A DNA stretch of 63,063 nt, counting the filler, from Octopus bimaculoides (lineage: Eukaryota), in NCBI RefSeq assembly GCF_001194135.2. It is 9 parts of 7 records of this genome, joined end to end, with 100 filler letters (N's around TTAATTAATTAA, not from the genome) between each part and the next. Parts side by side here need not be neighbours in the genome. Positions count along the whole stretch, not along the records: positions 48,819 to 53,773 come from NC_068983.1; positions 53,874 to 57,958 come from NC_068986.1; positions 58,059 to 59,707 come from NC_068986.1; positions 59,808 to 63,063 come from NC_068988.1; 5 more parts are not named here. One strand, written 5' to 3'. Both the position numbers and the translations under genes were made by a program. Positions 50,957 through 63,063 of this stretch are shown here, piece after piece (within the stretch, counting starts at the first letter, position 1; every line of letters starts with the position of its first letter). The notes beneath the pieces are model-generated. The model was not told the DNA's origin, did no database searches, and saw only the letters and a program-made list of their open reading frames with translations.

Positions 50957-51567
50957 ANNNNNNNNNNNNNNNNNNNNNNNNNNNNNNNNNNNNNNNNNNN
51001 NNNNNNNNNNNNNNNNNNNNNNNNNNNNNNNNNNNNNNNNNNNNNNNNNNNNNNNNNNNNNNNNNNNNNNNNNNNNNNNNNNNNNNNNNNNNNNNNNNNN
51101 NNNNNNNNNNNNNNNNNNNNNNNNNNNNNNNNNNNNNNNNNNNNNNNNNNNNNNNNNNNNNNNNNNNNNNNNNNNNNNNNNNNNNNNNNNNNNNNNNNNN
51201 NNNNNNNNNNNNNNNNNNNNNNNNNNNNNNNNNNNNNNNNNNNNNNNNNNNNNNNNNNNNNNNNNNNNNNNNNNNNNNNNNNNNNNNNNNNNNNNNNNNN
51301 NNNNNNNNNNNNNNNNNNNNNNNNNNNNNNNNNNNNNNNNNNNNNNNNNNNNNNNNNNNNNNNNNNNNNNNNNNNNNNNNNNNNNNNNNNNNNNNNNNNN
51401 NNNNNNNNNNNNNNNNNNNNNNNNNNNNNNNNNNNNNNNNNNNNNNNNNNNNNNNNNNNNNNNNNNNNNNNNNNNNNNNNNNNNNNNNNNNNNNNNNNNN
51501 NNNNNNNNNNNNNNNNNNNNNNNNNNNNNNNNNNNNNNGTTAATAATTCTGTCAGCTTATGGCGGTA

Positions 51568-51649
<82 letters not shown>

Positions 51650-51871
51650 TGATGATATTTTAAAAAGAATTGACGTAACTTTTCACACTTACTACCATTC
51701 ATTAGCTGTTGTGTGATCACGTTGGTTGCTCTCGTTCATACTTTACGTTTAAATTTCTGTAATTTTGAATTTTTATCACTTCATATTTTGAACTTGACAA
51801 AGACAGACGTACTGTTGAAATATCGTTCAACTAATAAAATATCTTACAATCGAATCGCGCTCTTCGTCTTG

Positions 51872-51969
<98 letters not shown>

Positions 51970-52145
51970 GCTTTTGACTAAAATCCGAAATGGAAGGACT
52001 GATTCTCGTTGCACAAGACCAATGCCTAACTACAAACAATTATAAAAAGAAAATAATGCAAACAGGCATCAACACCAACTGCAGAATGTGCAACCATTAC
52101 AATGAGACATTTGACCACATCATCTCGGGTGTTCGACATAAACCC
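51970..52145 (+). mobile_element. R4/Dong-like fragment (CCHC zinc knuckle)
   Basis: EGLILVAQDQCLTTNNYKKKI...NCRMCNHYNETFDHIISG directly after (TAA)n. Confidence 0.8.
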
Positions 52146-52700
52146 ACAGGTCAGCAATACTCGGGCACTGAACGAGTGTGTGCAGGACCGTCTCGTCGTC
52201 CTGCGCGCATCTCGAACATGCTCAGCTGACAGCACTTCCGTGCCTGTAAAGTTTATCTCGAACAGGCAAAGCTCTCTGGTAGCACTGCCAGGCCAGAGAT
52301 TTTTGGAAGTCGAAAATTCTCCGGCAAAGATCGAAAGAGTATACGCTCCAGCGTCATCAGACGGGACAACGCACAAGGCCAGGACAAGGCATGACAGTCA
52401 AGTGATAGTAGATGACGGACGAGATATACGCGTTAGCCACGTCTGCCTGACCTTTCAGGGATAGCTTTCACTCGGCCTATTTCTGGGTGAGAGTAATCAC
52501 CCTGCTCGTTACCTCGTCCCTGCTTTTGTCTAACTGGAGGTCAAGACCGAACCAGATCTCGAGCAATTTAACCAGTCCGTCCGTCCAGCGCCCAACGATG
52601 CAGTTGGACGGCTTGGACTTACTTCTCCAGGTGTCGAGCCGCAAAGCCCACTACTTTTTCCTGATTAATCGTCGCTCCTGAGACCACTTCGTAGACACTG
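52146..52700 (-). mobile_element. Tx1/L1-clade retrotransposon fragment (RT C-terminus plus zf-RVT)
   Basis: Minus strand gives YEVVSGATINQEK..., GRWTDGLVKLLEIWFGLDLQ..., KLSLKGQADVANAYISSVIYYHL and SLAWQCYQRALPVRDKLYRHGS..CSRCAQDDETVLHTLVQCPSIADLW, with stops and a deletion. Confidence 0.8.
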
Positions 52701-53024
52701 AGAGTAAATAGATAAATAAATAACAGCAATATCAGTAATGACCGAAATATATTCACCTGTGAATGCTGATCCTAGATAAGGAACGTGAATGAAATTAACA
52801 ACAGCACCAACAATAACAACAACAACGGCACATAAAAGATTCGATGAACAGATTTGATTTACAACCTGGAGAAGATTTCATTTAGTTTCATCAAGAAATT
52901 ATTTCACAACAATAACAACAATCCAAATCCAATAACGACAACAACAGGTAAAAATGAAGAAACGTAATTATTGTGTAAATCTATCATGCATCTGTCCTAT
53001 CGTGCACCTATCGATTTCAATATA

Positions 53025-53071
<47 letters not shown>

Positions 53072-53152
53072 NNNNNNNNNNCATTGTGTAACTTGTCCAT
53101 GTGATGTCTCTCCCACGGGCCGACTTTGTTGCTGTTGTTGTTGTTGTTGTTG

Positions 53153-53214
<62 letters not shown>

Positions 53215-53364
53215 TATTGTTATGCATGTATACACACGTATGCATGCGGAAAGACAGACATATAGACTTACAGATAGTTACACACATGAATGGAGGTTTT
53301 GATAACACCGATTATCTGACAAAATAGAAGGTAATTTATCCTAACAACCACATTTATAGGAACA

Positions 53365-53422
<58 letters not shown>

Positions 53423-53664
53423 GTAGTAGTAGTANNNNNNNNNNAGTAGTAGTAGTAGTAGTAGTAGTAGTGTTTTTTTTGTTTTTGCCATGCGAAAGAT
53501 AAGACGGATAGCTGTTTTTGTATCGATTATGGGAAAGAGGTATTAAAAAAATAATTACAATAGCAACAATACTTTCTTTTCTTAATCACAAGAGCCCAAT
53601 ATGTTATCGACAGTAAAAAGACAGTTGACATTCAGTAACAGGGCTACATCAGCAATAATATAAA

Positions 53665-53758
<94 letters not shown>

Positions 53759-54129
53759 TAATAATAAGAGACANNNNNNNNNNNNNNNNNNNNNNNNNNN
53801 NNNNNNNNNNNNNNNNNTTAATTAATTAANNNNNNNNNNNNNNNNNNNNNNNNNNNNNNNNNNNNNNNNNNNNATATGCATATATCCAGCAGTTATCTAT
53901 CTATCCATCACCTATCTATTTATATAAAGGGCATTATTACAGAAAAATAATAATGCCACATCTATTTATGTAGCTGTCTCTACTTATCTTTCCATCACCT
54001 GTCTGTCTATCTTTCTATCCGTCAATTGTTTATCCATGTATTTGTCTAGCAATCTATGCATCGCCTATCTCTCATTATATTTTTATTCATCTGTCTATCA
54101 GTCTATCAATCTATCTAGCTAGCTAGTTT

Positions 54130-54179
<50 letters not shown>

Positions 54180-54180
54180 G

Positions 54181-54215
<35 letters not shown>

Positions 54216-55079
54216 CTTTATAGCTTTATCTATCTTAATTGTAAACGAACGCTTCACTTTTCCTCTCAACCACTAACCACTATCTCTTTACTCTTCCCAC
54301 TCTTTTCTTGACTCTCTTTCTTTCCCTTTCTCTCTCTTTATATCTCTCTCACACACACACACACTCTCTCTCACTTGCTCTCCGTCTCATTCACCTTTTC
54401 AGACTTTCCTTCAATCTATTTACCCACTTAATTCTACAATTTCTCCACCATCACGTCGTGGTGCAGCCTGACAAAATGCGAAACAATTGTCAACCATTGT
54501 TTGTTCAACGAGAAAACTAAGCTATGGCGACCCGAACCAAATACGGTATCTGTATGTTTTGAACTCTTATGTCTGCAGTTATTACTACTGCTATACCATT
54601 ATTTTCTGTGTTCCAGTCAATTTTGCTTTCTTTTTGTGACTTAAATTGATGCTTTGTTGTCATTTATTTCTGTCATCAGCATCTGTATGTGTGTGAGGGT
54701 GTGTGTGTGCGCGCGCGTATGTATGTGCGTATGTATGTATGTTTGTATGTATGTATGCATGTATGTATGTATGTATGTATATATATATATATATATGTAT
54801 ATANNNNNNNNNNNNNNNNNNNNNNNNNNNNNNNNNNNNNNNNNNNNNNNNNNNNNNNNNNNNNNNNNNNNNNNNNNNNNNNNNNNNNNNNNNNNNNNNN
54901 NNNNNNNNNNNNNNNNNNNNNNNNNATATATATATATATATATATATAGCAGAATCGTTAGCAGGTCGGGCAAGATGCTTACCAGCGTTCTGAGATCAAA
55001 TCCCGCCGAGGTCGACTTTGCCTTTCATCTCTGTCAGGGTCGATAAAATAAGCACCAGCTGAACACCGGGCGTTGAGGT

Positions 55080-55608
55080 CTAACTGGATAAAAGCTAAGA
55101 CAGACAAAAATCAGGTAGATTCCCAATGTAGGTTACGTAAATTAGACGAAGATAGTGTTATTCATATAATAATGAATACAAGAAACGACAGAGAAAAACG
55201 CAAGAAAGTGAGAACTAGAAAGTGTTGAGGGGTTTTAACATTCAGATTGACAGGGTAAGAGAAGCGTGAAGGTCTGATTTGGTAGTAATAATAGATAAAG
55301 AGAGTTGACTATACAGTCCCACATTATGAGAATGTCAATAATGGAGGTATAGAGAAAATAGCAAATTATTATAACAAGGCCTAACCATTGATTGACAGAG
55401 GCTATAGAAAGTGCGATGCATTTTAATGTATCCCTGTAGTTATAGGTGCATTGAGAACAATTCATAAATATTTGAACAGATGGATAGAGGAAATTCGCCT
55501 AAAACTTAGTCTACTGCAGCTTCAGAAAGCAGTATTATCTGGGACAGATAAGGTCACTTGTATCTCGATGTTAGGCATTTTTTCCAACAGTCTTATCTGT
55601 TGTGCGTA

Positions 55609-55610
<2 letters not shown>
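55080..55610 (+). mobile_element. R4/Dong-like RLE retrotransposon 3' fragment
   Basis: NWIKAKTDKNQVDSQCRL (zinc-knuckle region) and IPVVIGALRTI...LQKAVL, ending in (TAA)n. Confidence 0.7.
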
Positions 55611-55673
<63 letters not shown>

Positions 55674-55991
55674 AATTTAAACAAAACAACCCACAAACAG
55701 AAGAAAGACACACTCCATACAGAAATCACCCAGTGAAATAAACTTCCACCAGCAAGCTAGATAACCAACGTATTACACACTCAACACCCAATACAAGAAT
55801 TATACAACAAAAGACTACACTATACCTCATGTGAAAAAAACCCAATACACGCAACCGGAAAGAGTTTGCACACTCCCAACAACAGAAAAGAACACAACAT
55901 ACTGCGCACAACCTAGCAACATGGAGGTGTAGCAAGTGATGCAGTAGAAGTTTGCCTCAAACTACCAAATGTTAAACAATTATATGATAAT

Positions 55992-56068
<77 letters not shown>

Positions 56069-56438
56069 AGATGATGAGGAGGATGATGAGAGGAATTGAG
56101 AGGAATTCCTGTTGAGAGGAATTCTTTAGGGTTTGAATAATTCACCTCTGGAAACATAGGTGTTTTGCTCATCATCCTTAAACAAACCTTATTCAGGGAC
56201 CTTTTGAGCGGGATGACTACTCAATCTGAAGAAAAATCTAATTGGGCCCCACCTGCAAGGTCATGTGTTGTTTATTTTGATATGAGATCATCATGTCGCG
56301 CACATATAGTTATGATGCATGTGCCTGGTGTACCCTTATCAGATGGGTAGTCATGATAGGTAAATTGGGTTTCGCATAATTGTACCCCAGTGTCACTTTG
56401 ATGGCATGCGCTGCTCACTCACTCAATAATAGTAATAA

Positions 56439-56509
<71 letters not shown>

Positions 56510-57830
56510 ATAGAGCAGTTAAAATAGAGGATCATGGCAAAAAGCCAGATCAGAAGATTTGTGAACAGAAAGAAGCTGTTCGAGAACAGAATGTTCAAAA
56601 ATAACCCAAAGCAATTCTTCCGAACGTTAGAAGGAGACAATGGGGAAAATTTTGCTCCTGGTGCAAATCAAGCCAAAGAGTTTTGGAGTGGATTATGGGG
56701 AAACTGTGTGGTGCATAAAAGCGATGCAATGTGGATAGGAACTATCAAGACAGAATTACAAGGAGGAAAGAAACAAAGGAATATTGTCATAAACACGGGT
56801 GACGTGAAAAAATAAGTGGATAAAGTGCCTAACTCGAAAGCCCCCGGACCAGATGGGATTCGTGGCTTTTGGCTGAAGAGATGCCACGCGGGGAATGGAA
56901 GACTAGCAGCCCAGTTGAATGAGTGTGTCCAGAAAGGTACAGTACCACGTGGATGATAACTGGGAGGACAACACTTATGATGGAAGATAGAAGAAAATTG
57001 GAATATTGTGGGAAACTACTGTCCCATAGCATGCCTAAACACAATCTGGAAGATACTGGAATATGTGCAGCAAAGACATATACTTTCCTGGGACAGGAAG
57101 AAATACTACCAAGGGAATAAAAGGGATGTCAGAAGAGTTCTCAAAGTACCAAGGATCACAATCACCTGGTCATCGATAAAACAGTTTTGAGGCATTGTAA
57201 AAAGAAAAATCATACAGACATGTCTATGGCTTGGGTTAACTTTAAGAAGGTATATGATATGATGCCTCATTCTTGGATCGTTGAATGCCTGCAGATGTTT
57301 GGTGTTACTGACAACATCACAAATTTTCTAATGCAGAGCATGAAAGAGTGGAAAACCAAATTGTACTCAAGTAATGTATTCCTTAGAGAAGTTAACATTA
57401 AAAGGGGTATCTTCTAAGGTGACTCGTTTTTTCCGTTACTATTTGTAATTGCACTAATACCCATAACAATGACACTTAGGAAAGTTAAGATGTGAGAAGA
57501 AAGAAGAAAACTGAAAAACTACGACGATTTGAAGTGGGAAATCCGAAGGTTGTGGTCAATGAGCGGAGTAGACGTGATACCAATTGTAATTGGCGTACTT
57601 GGAAGTATCAGCACTCAACTACCAGCATGGCTCAAGGTGATTGGTACAAATGTAAAGGTAGAACACCTACAAAAGTCAGCATTGCTTGAAACTACTTGAA
57701 TTCTTCGCGGGGTTCTTGAGTAAACAAGTGTCACCTTAGTCTGCTGGCTGTAGGCAGGTGACATTTTCTATCATGCCCAGCAAAATAAGCAGTGAGTTTT
57801 CATCAAATGATGATGATGATGATGATGATA
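56510..57830 (+). mobile_element. R4/Dong-like RLE non-LTR retrotransposon pseudogene (RT plus C-terminus, internally deleted)
   Basis: KAPGPDGIRGFWLK, GNYCPIACLNTIWK, MAWVNFKKVYDMMPHSWI, VNIKRGIF*GDS..PLLFVIAL, then VIPIVIGVLG...LQKSALL. 3' UTR stem-loop at 57729-57763. Flanked by (TAG)n and (GAT)n(TAA)n. Confidence 0.88.
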
Positions 57831-57848
57831 ATAATAATAATAATAATA

Positions 57849-57902
<54 letters not shown>

Positions 57903-58341
57903 GTTCAGTAGTTTTATTTTTATAACGTGCTTTCACTTCACTACCGAGCGCAGCTCTGNNNNNNNNNNNNNNNNNNNNNNNNNNNNNNNNNNNNNNNNNN
58001 NNTTAATTAATTAANNNNNNNNNNNNNNNNNNNNNNNNNNNNNNNNNNNNNNNNNNNNGTTTTAGTTTGGATTTCATTTGTTTTATAGCTTTTGTTGTTT
58101 CTTCTTCTTCTTCTTCTTCTTCTTCTTCTTCTTCTTCTTCTTCTTCTTCTTCTTCTTCTTCTTCGTATTTGTTAGGTAGATTGATTTCTTGTTTGTATTT
58201 GTCAGCTTCCTTAAATACTGAAAACAGTTTTTTGTTTTGCTCGTGTTTTGTGGCTATTTGTATTAGTTTCCCTTGCTTCTGGAGTAGGTATTTTTGCAGT
58301 CCTATGGTGGTTATTTTATAATAGTTTTCTAGCTGTATATA

Positions 58342-58377
<36 letters not shown>

Positions 58378-58380
58378 TTA

Positions 58381-58912
58381 TTGAGTGATAGAGCAGTGTA
58401 TGTCATCAAAGTGAGACTGTGGTGAAATATACGAAGCCCAGACATATGCATCACAACCATCTGTGCGCGACATTGTGATCTCATATCAAGATAAATAGCG
58501 CATGGAGTTGCAGGTGGGGCCCAGTTGGAATTTTCTTCGAGTCGAGTAGCCCATCAGGCTCAAAAGGTTCCTGAATTAGGGTTGTGTAAGGATGTTAAAC
58601 AAAACATCTAATTTTTCCAGAGGTAAATTAATCCAAATCTCGAACAATTCCTTTCAGAACATAGCTATGATGTTCCCCCACTACTTATGCTCGTGATCAG
58701 AGATGCACATATCGCCAGCCACTAAGAGTCATGCTCAACTGGTTAAGGTCAAACAACTGACAAACAAATCTGTGGTTTTGAGCAGAATATTTACTGTAGC
58801 CCATCTTTATACCAAGACAAATCAATATACATGACACCATTTCCAATCGATTGAGATGAGAAGCCATGAAAGCCACTGCCTGGTACTGCATCATGAAAGC
58901 GACTGCCTGGTA

Positions 58913-58913
<1 letters not shown>
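58381..58913 (+). repeat. About 530-bp interspersed repeat flanked by (ATT)n (family 4)
   Basis: Homologous copies at 45649-46127(+), 28759-29517(-, across a gap) and 56112-56426(-). No coding capacity recognised. Confidence 0.8.
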
Positions 58914-59003
<90 letters not shown>

Positions 59004-59126
59004 GTTATTATTATTACTATCGTTTCTTCTTCATGTTGTTGTTGTTGTTGTTCAATCAGACAGGTGAACGTTTAATGTTTAGTAACGTTCGTGTATTGCT
59101 ATTGTCATGTCAACCCATCAATCCAT

Positions 59127-59175
<49 letters not shown>

Positions 59176-59552
59176 ATTATCTAACCCTTAGATATCCTTT
59201 TCTTTGGACAGTGAAAAAGTCAGCTCATGTTACATGTGGTCCATAGTTGCACTTCTTGACAGATGAAGTCGATAAAGGATTAGGCTGGAAATGGAAATAG
59301 CTGGTTCTATTCGATAATTTATAGTTGAACAGATTAATAGAATGTCTAAACAGAGAATACAGTGACTTGGTGAGTTAATTTGATAAATAAGTTGAGCTAA
59401 AAAGAAGCATTCATTGACTCCCGTATATTAATGATCGACAAGCAGATATATATTAGATTAGGTCAGGACACATAACAATGTGATGAGTTAAGTATGTACT
59501 ACTCCACGGCCGCACGTATATCCGTTTCTCCTTTGCTTATCCTGCATTGCCG

Positions 59553-59619
<67 letters not shown>

Positions 59620-60661
59620 GTCTATCTATCTATCTGGGGCGAACCTGGGCGTCGACGAGGAATACCTGACCCGCCTGTTTAAGACGACCTTCGGGCCGGG
59701 ACCTATGNNNNNNNNNNNNNNNNNNNNNNNNNNNNNNNNNNNNNNNNNNNNTTAATTAATTAANNNNNNNNNNNNNNNNNNNNNNNNNNNNNNNNNNNNN
59801 NNNNNNNCGTTTTGATTTTTTTATTTTAAAGGTTTTAAAGACTTAACTGGTTTGACAGATTTCTCTGAATTTCAAAAGTTGAAAATCATAAAACTATGAA
59901 ACCGGTTAAGTCTTTAAAAATTTTTAAATACAAAAATGTAAACGAACCCCAGTGCATTTTCTATTTCTTTTTTTTTATATATATATTTCTATCCGTACAG
60001 AACAAAATAACTTTGTTTTCTTCATATGTATGTATGTATGTATGTATGATATATATAAATATATATGTATGTCTATATACATGTATATATAAAATTGTGT
60101 GTGATGCATGTATGTTAGTGTGTGTTTGTGTGCGTTGTGACCATACAGAATGCAAGAAGAAGATGTATAAAATTTACAAGGACTACTACAAAGATGGTTT
60201 GCGCCACATCGTCGGCCATAATTTCTCAGTGAACCGATCTAGGTTCGATACCAATCTATAACCATTTCCTTTGATCTGATCTGCTCGCTCTATTGGACAC
60301 TAACCATGAACGTCACACACTCCCCTTCTTCCATACCACTCAAATCAATAGGGTTGGTCACGCTCGCATCACCAATAGTCCCGCCACGGTTGTCATTATT
60401 CATCGCACTAGTTTTTACAGGATAAATATTTATCCGTTATTTTATATATTTATATAACTATTTATTGTATCCGTTTAATCACGTGTGAAATAAATAAATC
60501 TATACATTTTGATGGATATTTCTTTGTCGTTTTTGATTATTATTATTTTTTTTTTTTATTCAGATTTCTTTTTTTCTTTTCTAAGTTTCAGGTCCTTCTG
60601 AAACCGAGTATTTTGAACTTTCAATATGTACTTTTCTGTCGGTTTGTTTTTTTCTTCTGTT

Positions 60662-60714
<53 letters not shown>

Positions 60715-60749
60715 TATTATTATTATTATTTTATGTTTGACTTTTGCTT

Positions 60750-61190
60750 TGCATTTGTACAAGTTGGCTCCAAGTCTCATCCAGAGACCTCAAGAGACAA
60801 CAGGTTAGAAGTTCATGTTGGTGTTATGCCTAGGGTACCATATATATGATTTTGCACATAGTATTGTTCTAGAGAATGTTTAAGAAAACATAAGAATATT
60901 ATGAGTTTGTTTTAAATTTTGAGATAACACATACATCATTTTACGTAGGATATGGACATTTCCCATGAGCACTGTCTTTTGAATTCCTGTCATTTTGGTG
61001 TTTCCTGATATCTGAGCTAAGTAGCAATCAGCCCCATTTGATATCATTTCTAGGGCACCTATGACAACAGGTATTGTTTTAATCTTCAGGTTCCACATTT
61101 TACCAATTTCTGTTTCAAGATCTTTATACTTGCTCAGTTTTTGGTAGGTCTTGACAGATACATTTATATCGATTAAGACAGCCATATCAA
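60750..61190 (-). mobile_element. R4/Dong-like RLE endonuclease 3' end
   Basis: KTYQKLSKYKDLETEIGKMWNLKIKTIPVVIGAL...IQKTVLMGNVHILRK, followed by a 3' UTR and (AAT)n(GAT)n. Confidence 0.8.
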
Positions 61191-61249
61191 TGAGGAGGAT
61201 ACCGCATAGTATCTGATATCATGATGTTGTTGATTGAAGATATTGTATC

Positions 61250-61575
61250 TACCGGGGGCTTGCACTATCTTTCAAGACACAACAAGGGCCTCAGACAGAC
61301 AGTATTTTACGCAATATACTTGCAGTTCTAAGTAATGCCGATTTTTGCAAAACGCCTACATTGCGGGGTATTCCTAAAGTTTCCAGATGTTTTTTCAGAT
61401 TAGGTGGTATTGAACCCAATGTTCCGATGATAATAGGGACAACCTTTATGTTTGACTCTCGTAGCTGCCACATCTTAGCGATCTCAGTTCTCAGTCTCCG
61501 TATTTATAAATCTTTTCTCCTTCTTTCATGATAATAAGTTGATCTCCCGGCACTGCCAGGCCGATTATTAGGCAC
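61250..61575 (-). mobile_element. Second R4/Dong-like RLE 3' end (different subfamily)
   Basis: An NRP (of HNRPD) remnant and MWQLRESNIKVVPIIIGTLGSIP...LQKSALLRTASILRKILSV. Confidence 0.8.
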
Positions 61576-62265
61576 TCTTGTTTCTCCCTCCTAAAGGTTA
61601 CTATATCCGTCCTTCTGTGCCGGATATAGGGCTCCTTATACACATTATAATATGGCATATGCTCGTTCTGTACGTTGGTTATGTCACATACACTCTTTAC
61701 ATGAAATCATGGGTGTCACTATCATCGCTTCCGATTGCTATTGCAAATTACTTTCATTGTTTTTAGGACAACTTACTTTCACATTTTTACTTCCGTAAAC
61801 TGCATGTTAACCTTTTCTCTCTCTCTTTTTTTTACCCCCCAAAATTTATATACTTTTTACTGATAAATTTTAATCCCCTTTAACTCAATACTATACGTTT
61901 GTTAATCTCCAGTTTTGATCACACTTAAGCAGAATAAAGGAAGAATCGACACATTATCCGTGTGGCCTGTTTAGAAAGGAACCAAGAACTCGGTCGCCTA
62001 ATTAATACGATGCACTGATTACTGTGAGCTGTCGACTCATCTTTAATATTTTTATTCGAACCAGACACTGATTAATTACTGAGTTTCATTCCTAATTAAT
62101 TTAACGGTGCTGTGAATATTTTTCAAAATCCACGGATGTTCGTTCACATTTTTCTTTAATGAAAAATTTTGACATTTCTCATTTGTAATCTTTCTGTCAT
62201 ATTTAAATTAAATTCTGTTATTCTGTCATATTTTAGTTTTGAGGGCTGGGGTTGTTTTTTCCCTT

Positions 62266-62296
<31 letters not shown>

Positions 62297-62797
62297 CAAA
62301 GAAAATTCAGAAGGCACAAGCATGGCTGAGTGGTTAAGAATCTCTCTTTACAAGGTTGTGGTTTCGTGTTCAGTCCTATCACACAACACCCGGGACGCGT
62401 GTCTTCTATTATAACTCCGAGTAATCAATGCCCTTTGAGTGAATTTGGTAGACGGAAACTGTGTGGAAGCTTGTCGTGTATATATATAGGTGTCGGTGTC
62501 GATGCTTGTCGACAGCGTGGCAGAATGTATTATACAGGCACAGCGACAACTATCACAGCAAATCTCATTTATTGGGGGAGGAATGTTTCATAATACCAAA
62601 AACGTCATCTTCCAAACAAGTTGAAGTGAGAGTGCAAGCGATAATACGGCAACACGCACCAGTTCCTAAACCAATCGTACATTACTTGGAGAAGGAGAAA
62701 TACAAAAGCTACCATTCAGCTTCTAACAGCACACGAAAAAGAGAGAGCGGGGCTGCTCAATGAGGAACGTGGACTGTCAGGGTAATAATACAGGTAG

Positions 62798-63063
62798 CGC
62801 CAGTCGGCATCGTTTACGGTCGGAACTACGACGGTATCTGATCGTCTTCGAACCTCCGACTTTCGCTCTTGATCGAGGAAAACGTGCTTGCCACACGCCG
62901 TCGCTGCAGTGCGTCTTGCGACGATCCAAGAATTTCACCTCTAACGTCGCAATACGAGTGGCCCCGATCGCTCCCTTCGATCATTGCCTCGTCGTGAACG
63001 GAGACCGACGGATGACGCGCGGACGAGGCCATTTTCCATCATTCCATGCTTTTCGTATGCAAG
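62798..63063 (-). rRNA. 18S: Divergent 18S rRNA fragment (central region), 3'-truncated and running off the window end; probable dispersed orphon or pseudogene
   Basis: Minus strand contains GTTAGAGGTGAAATTCTTGGA and GAAAGTCGGAGGTTCGAAGACGATCAGATACCGTCGTAGTTCCGACCGTAAACGATGCCGACTGGCG, which are universal eukaryotic SSU motifs. Homology is lost below about 62798. Confidence 0.92.

Noticed and set aside
51806-51870. DVLLKYRSTNK after a phase-1 acceptor as the missing YH exon of gene B
   Set aside because: It lacks the H and the following hydrophobic residues, has no credible donor, and runs into a microsatellite.
54308-54540. LQFLHHHVVVQP as the missing YH exon of gene B
   Set aside because: The only upstream AG acceptor gives phase 2 rather than phase 1, the frame stops at 54520, and no downstream FAS1 features are present.

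Overview
Eukaryotic, AT-rich, microsatellite-saturated draft scaffold with many N gaps. It is most likely an octopod cephalopod; this is inferred from the SINE families and a highly divergent 18S fragment. Most of the supplied six-frame ORFs are microsatellite or gap artefacts. Manual splicing recovers two secreted fasciclin (FAS1; TGFBI/periostin-like) genes arranged head-to-head, with ATGs 10,157 bp apart. Gene A (minus strand, 32634->25075) has 5 visible coding exons and one predicted to lie in a gap. Gene B (plus strand, 42791->48533+) has 4 visible exons and its 3' exons were not found. The rest is a transposon landscape: tRNA-derived SINEs, R4/Dong-like RLE retrotransposon fragments in (TAA)n/(TAG)n tracts, a Tx1/L1 fragment, Penelope GIY-YIG remnants, a mariner remnant, a probable Chapaev-type remnant, twin hAT MITEs with 8-bp TSDs and a DINE-1/Helentron-like element. 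Structure not explained by the ORF track includes a near-complete type I hammerhead ribozyme inside a partial tandem repeat (retrozyme/Penelope pLTR-like), a minimal hammerhead with a palindromic stem III and a 66-nt pre-miRNA-like hairpin between the two FAS1 genes. There is also a second copy of the gene A upstream region next to an unsized gap, a 72-bp GC-rich bacterial AraC-like fragment, a perfect 150-bp palindrome and a 3'-truncated 18S rDNA copy at the window end. All coordinates were counted by hand; repeat boundaries are approximate.
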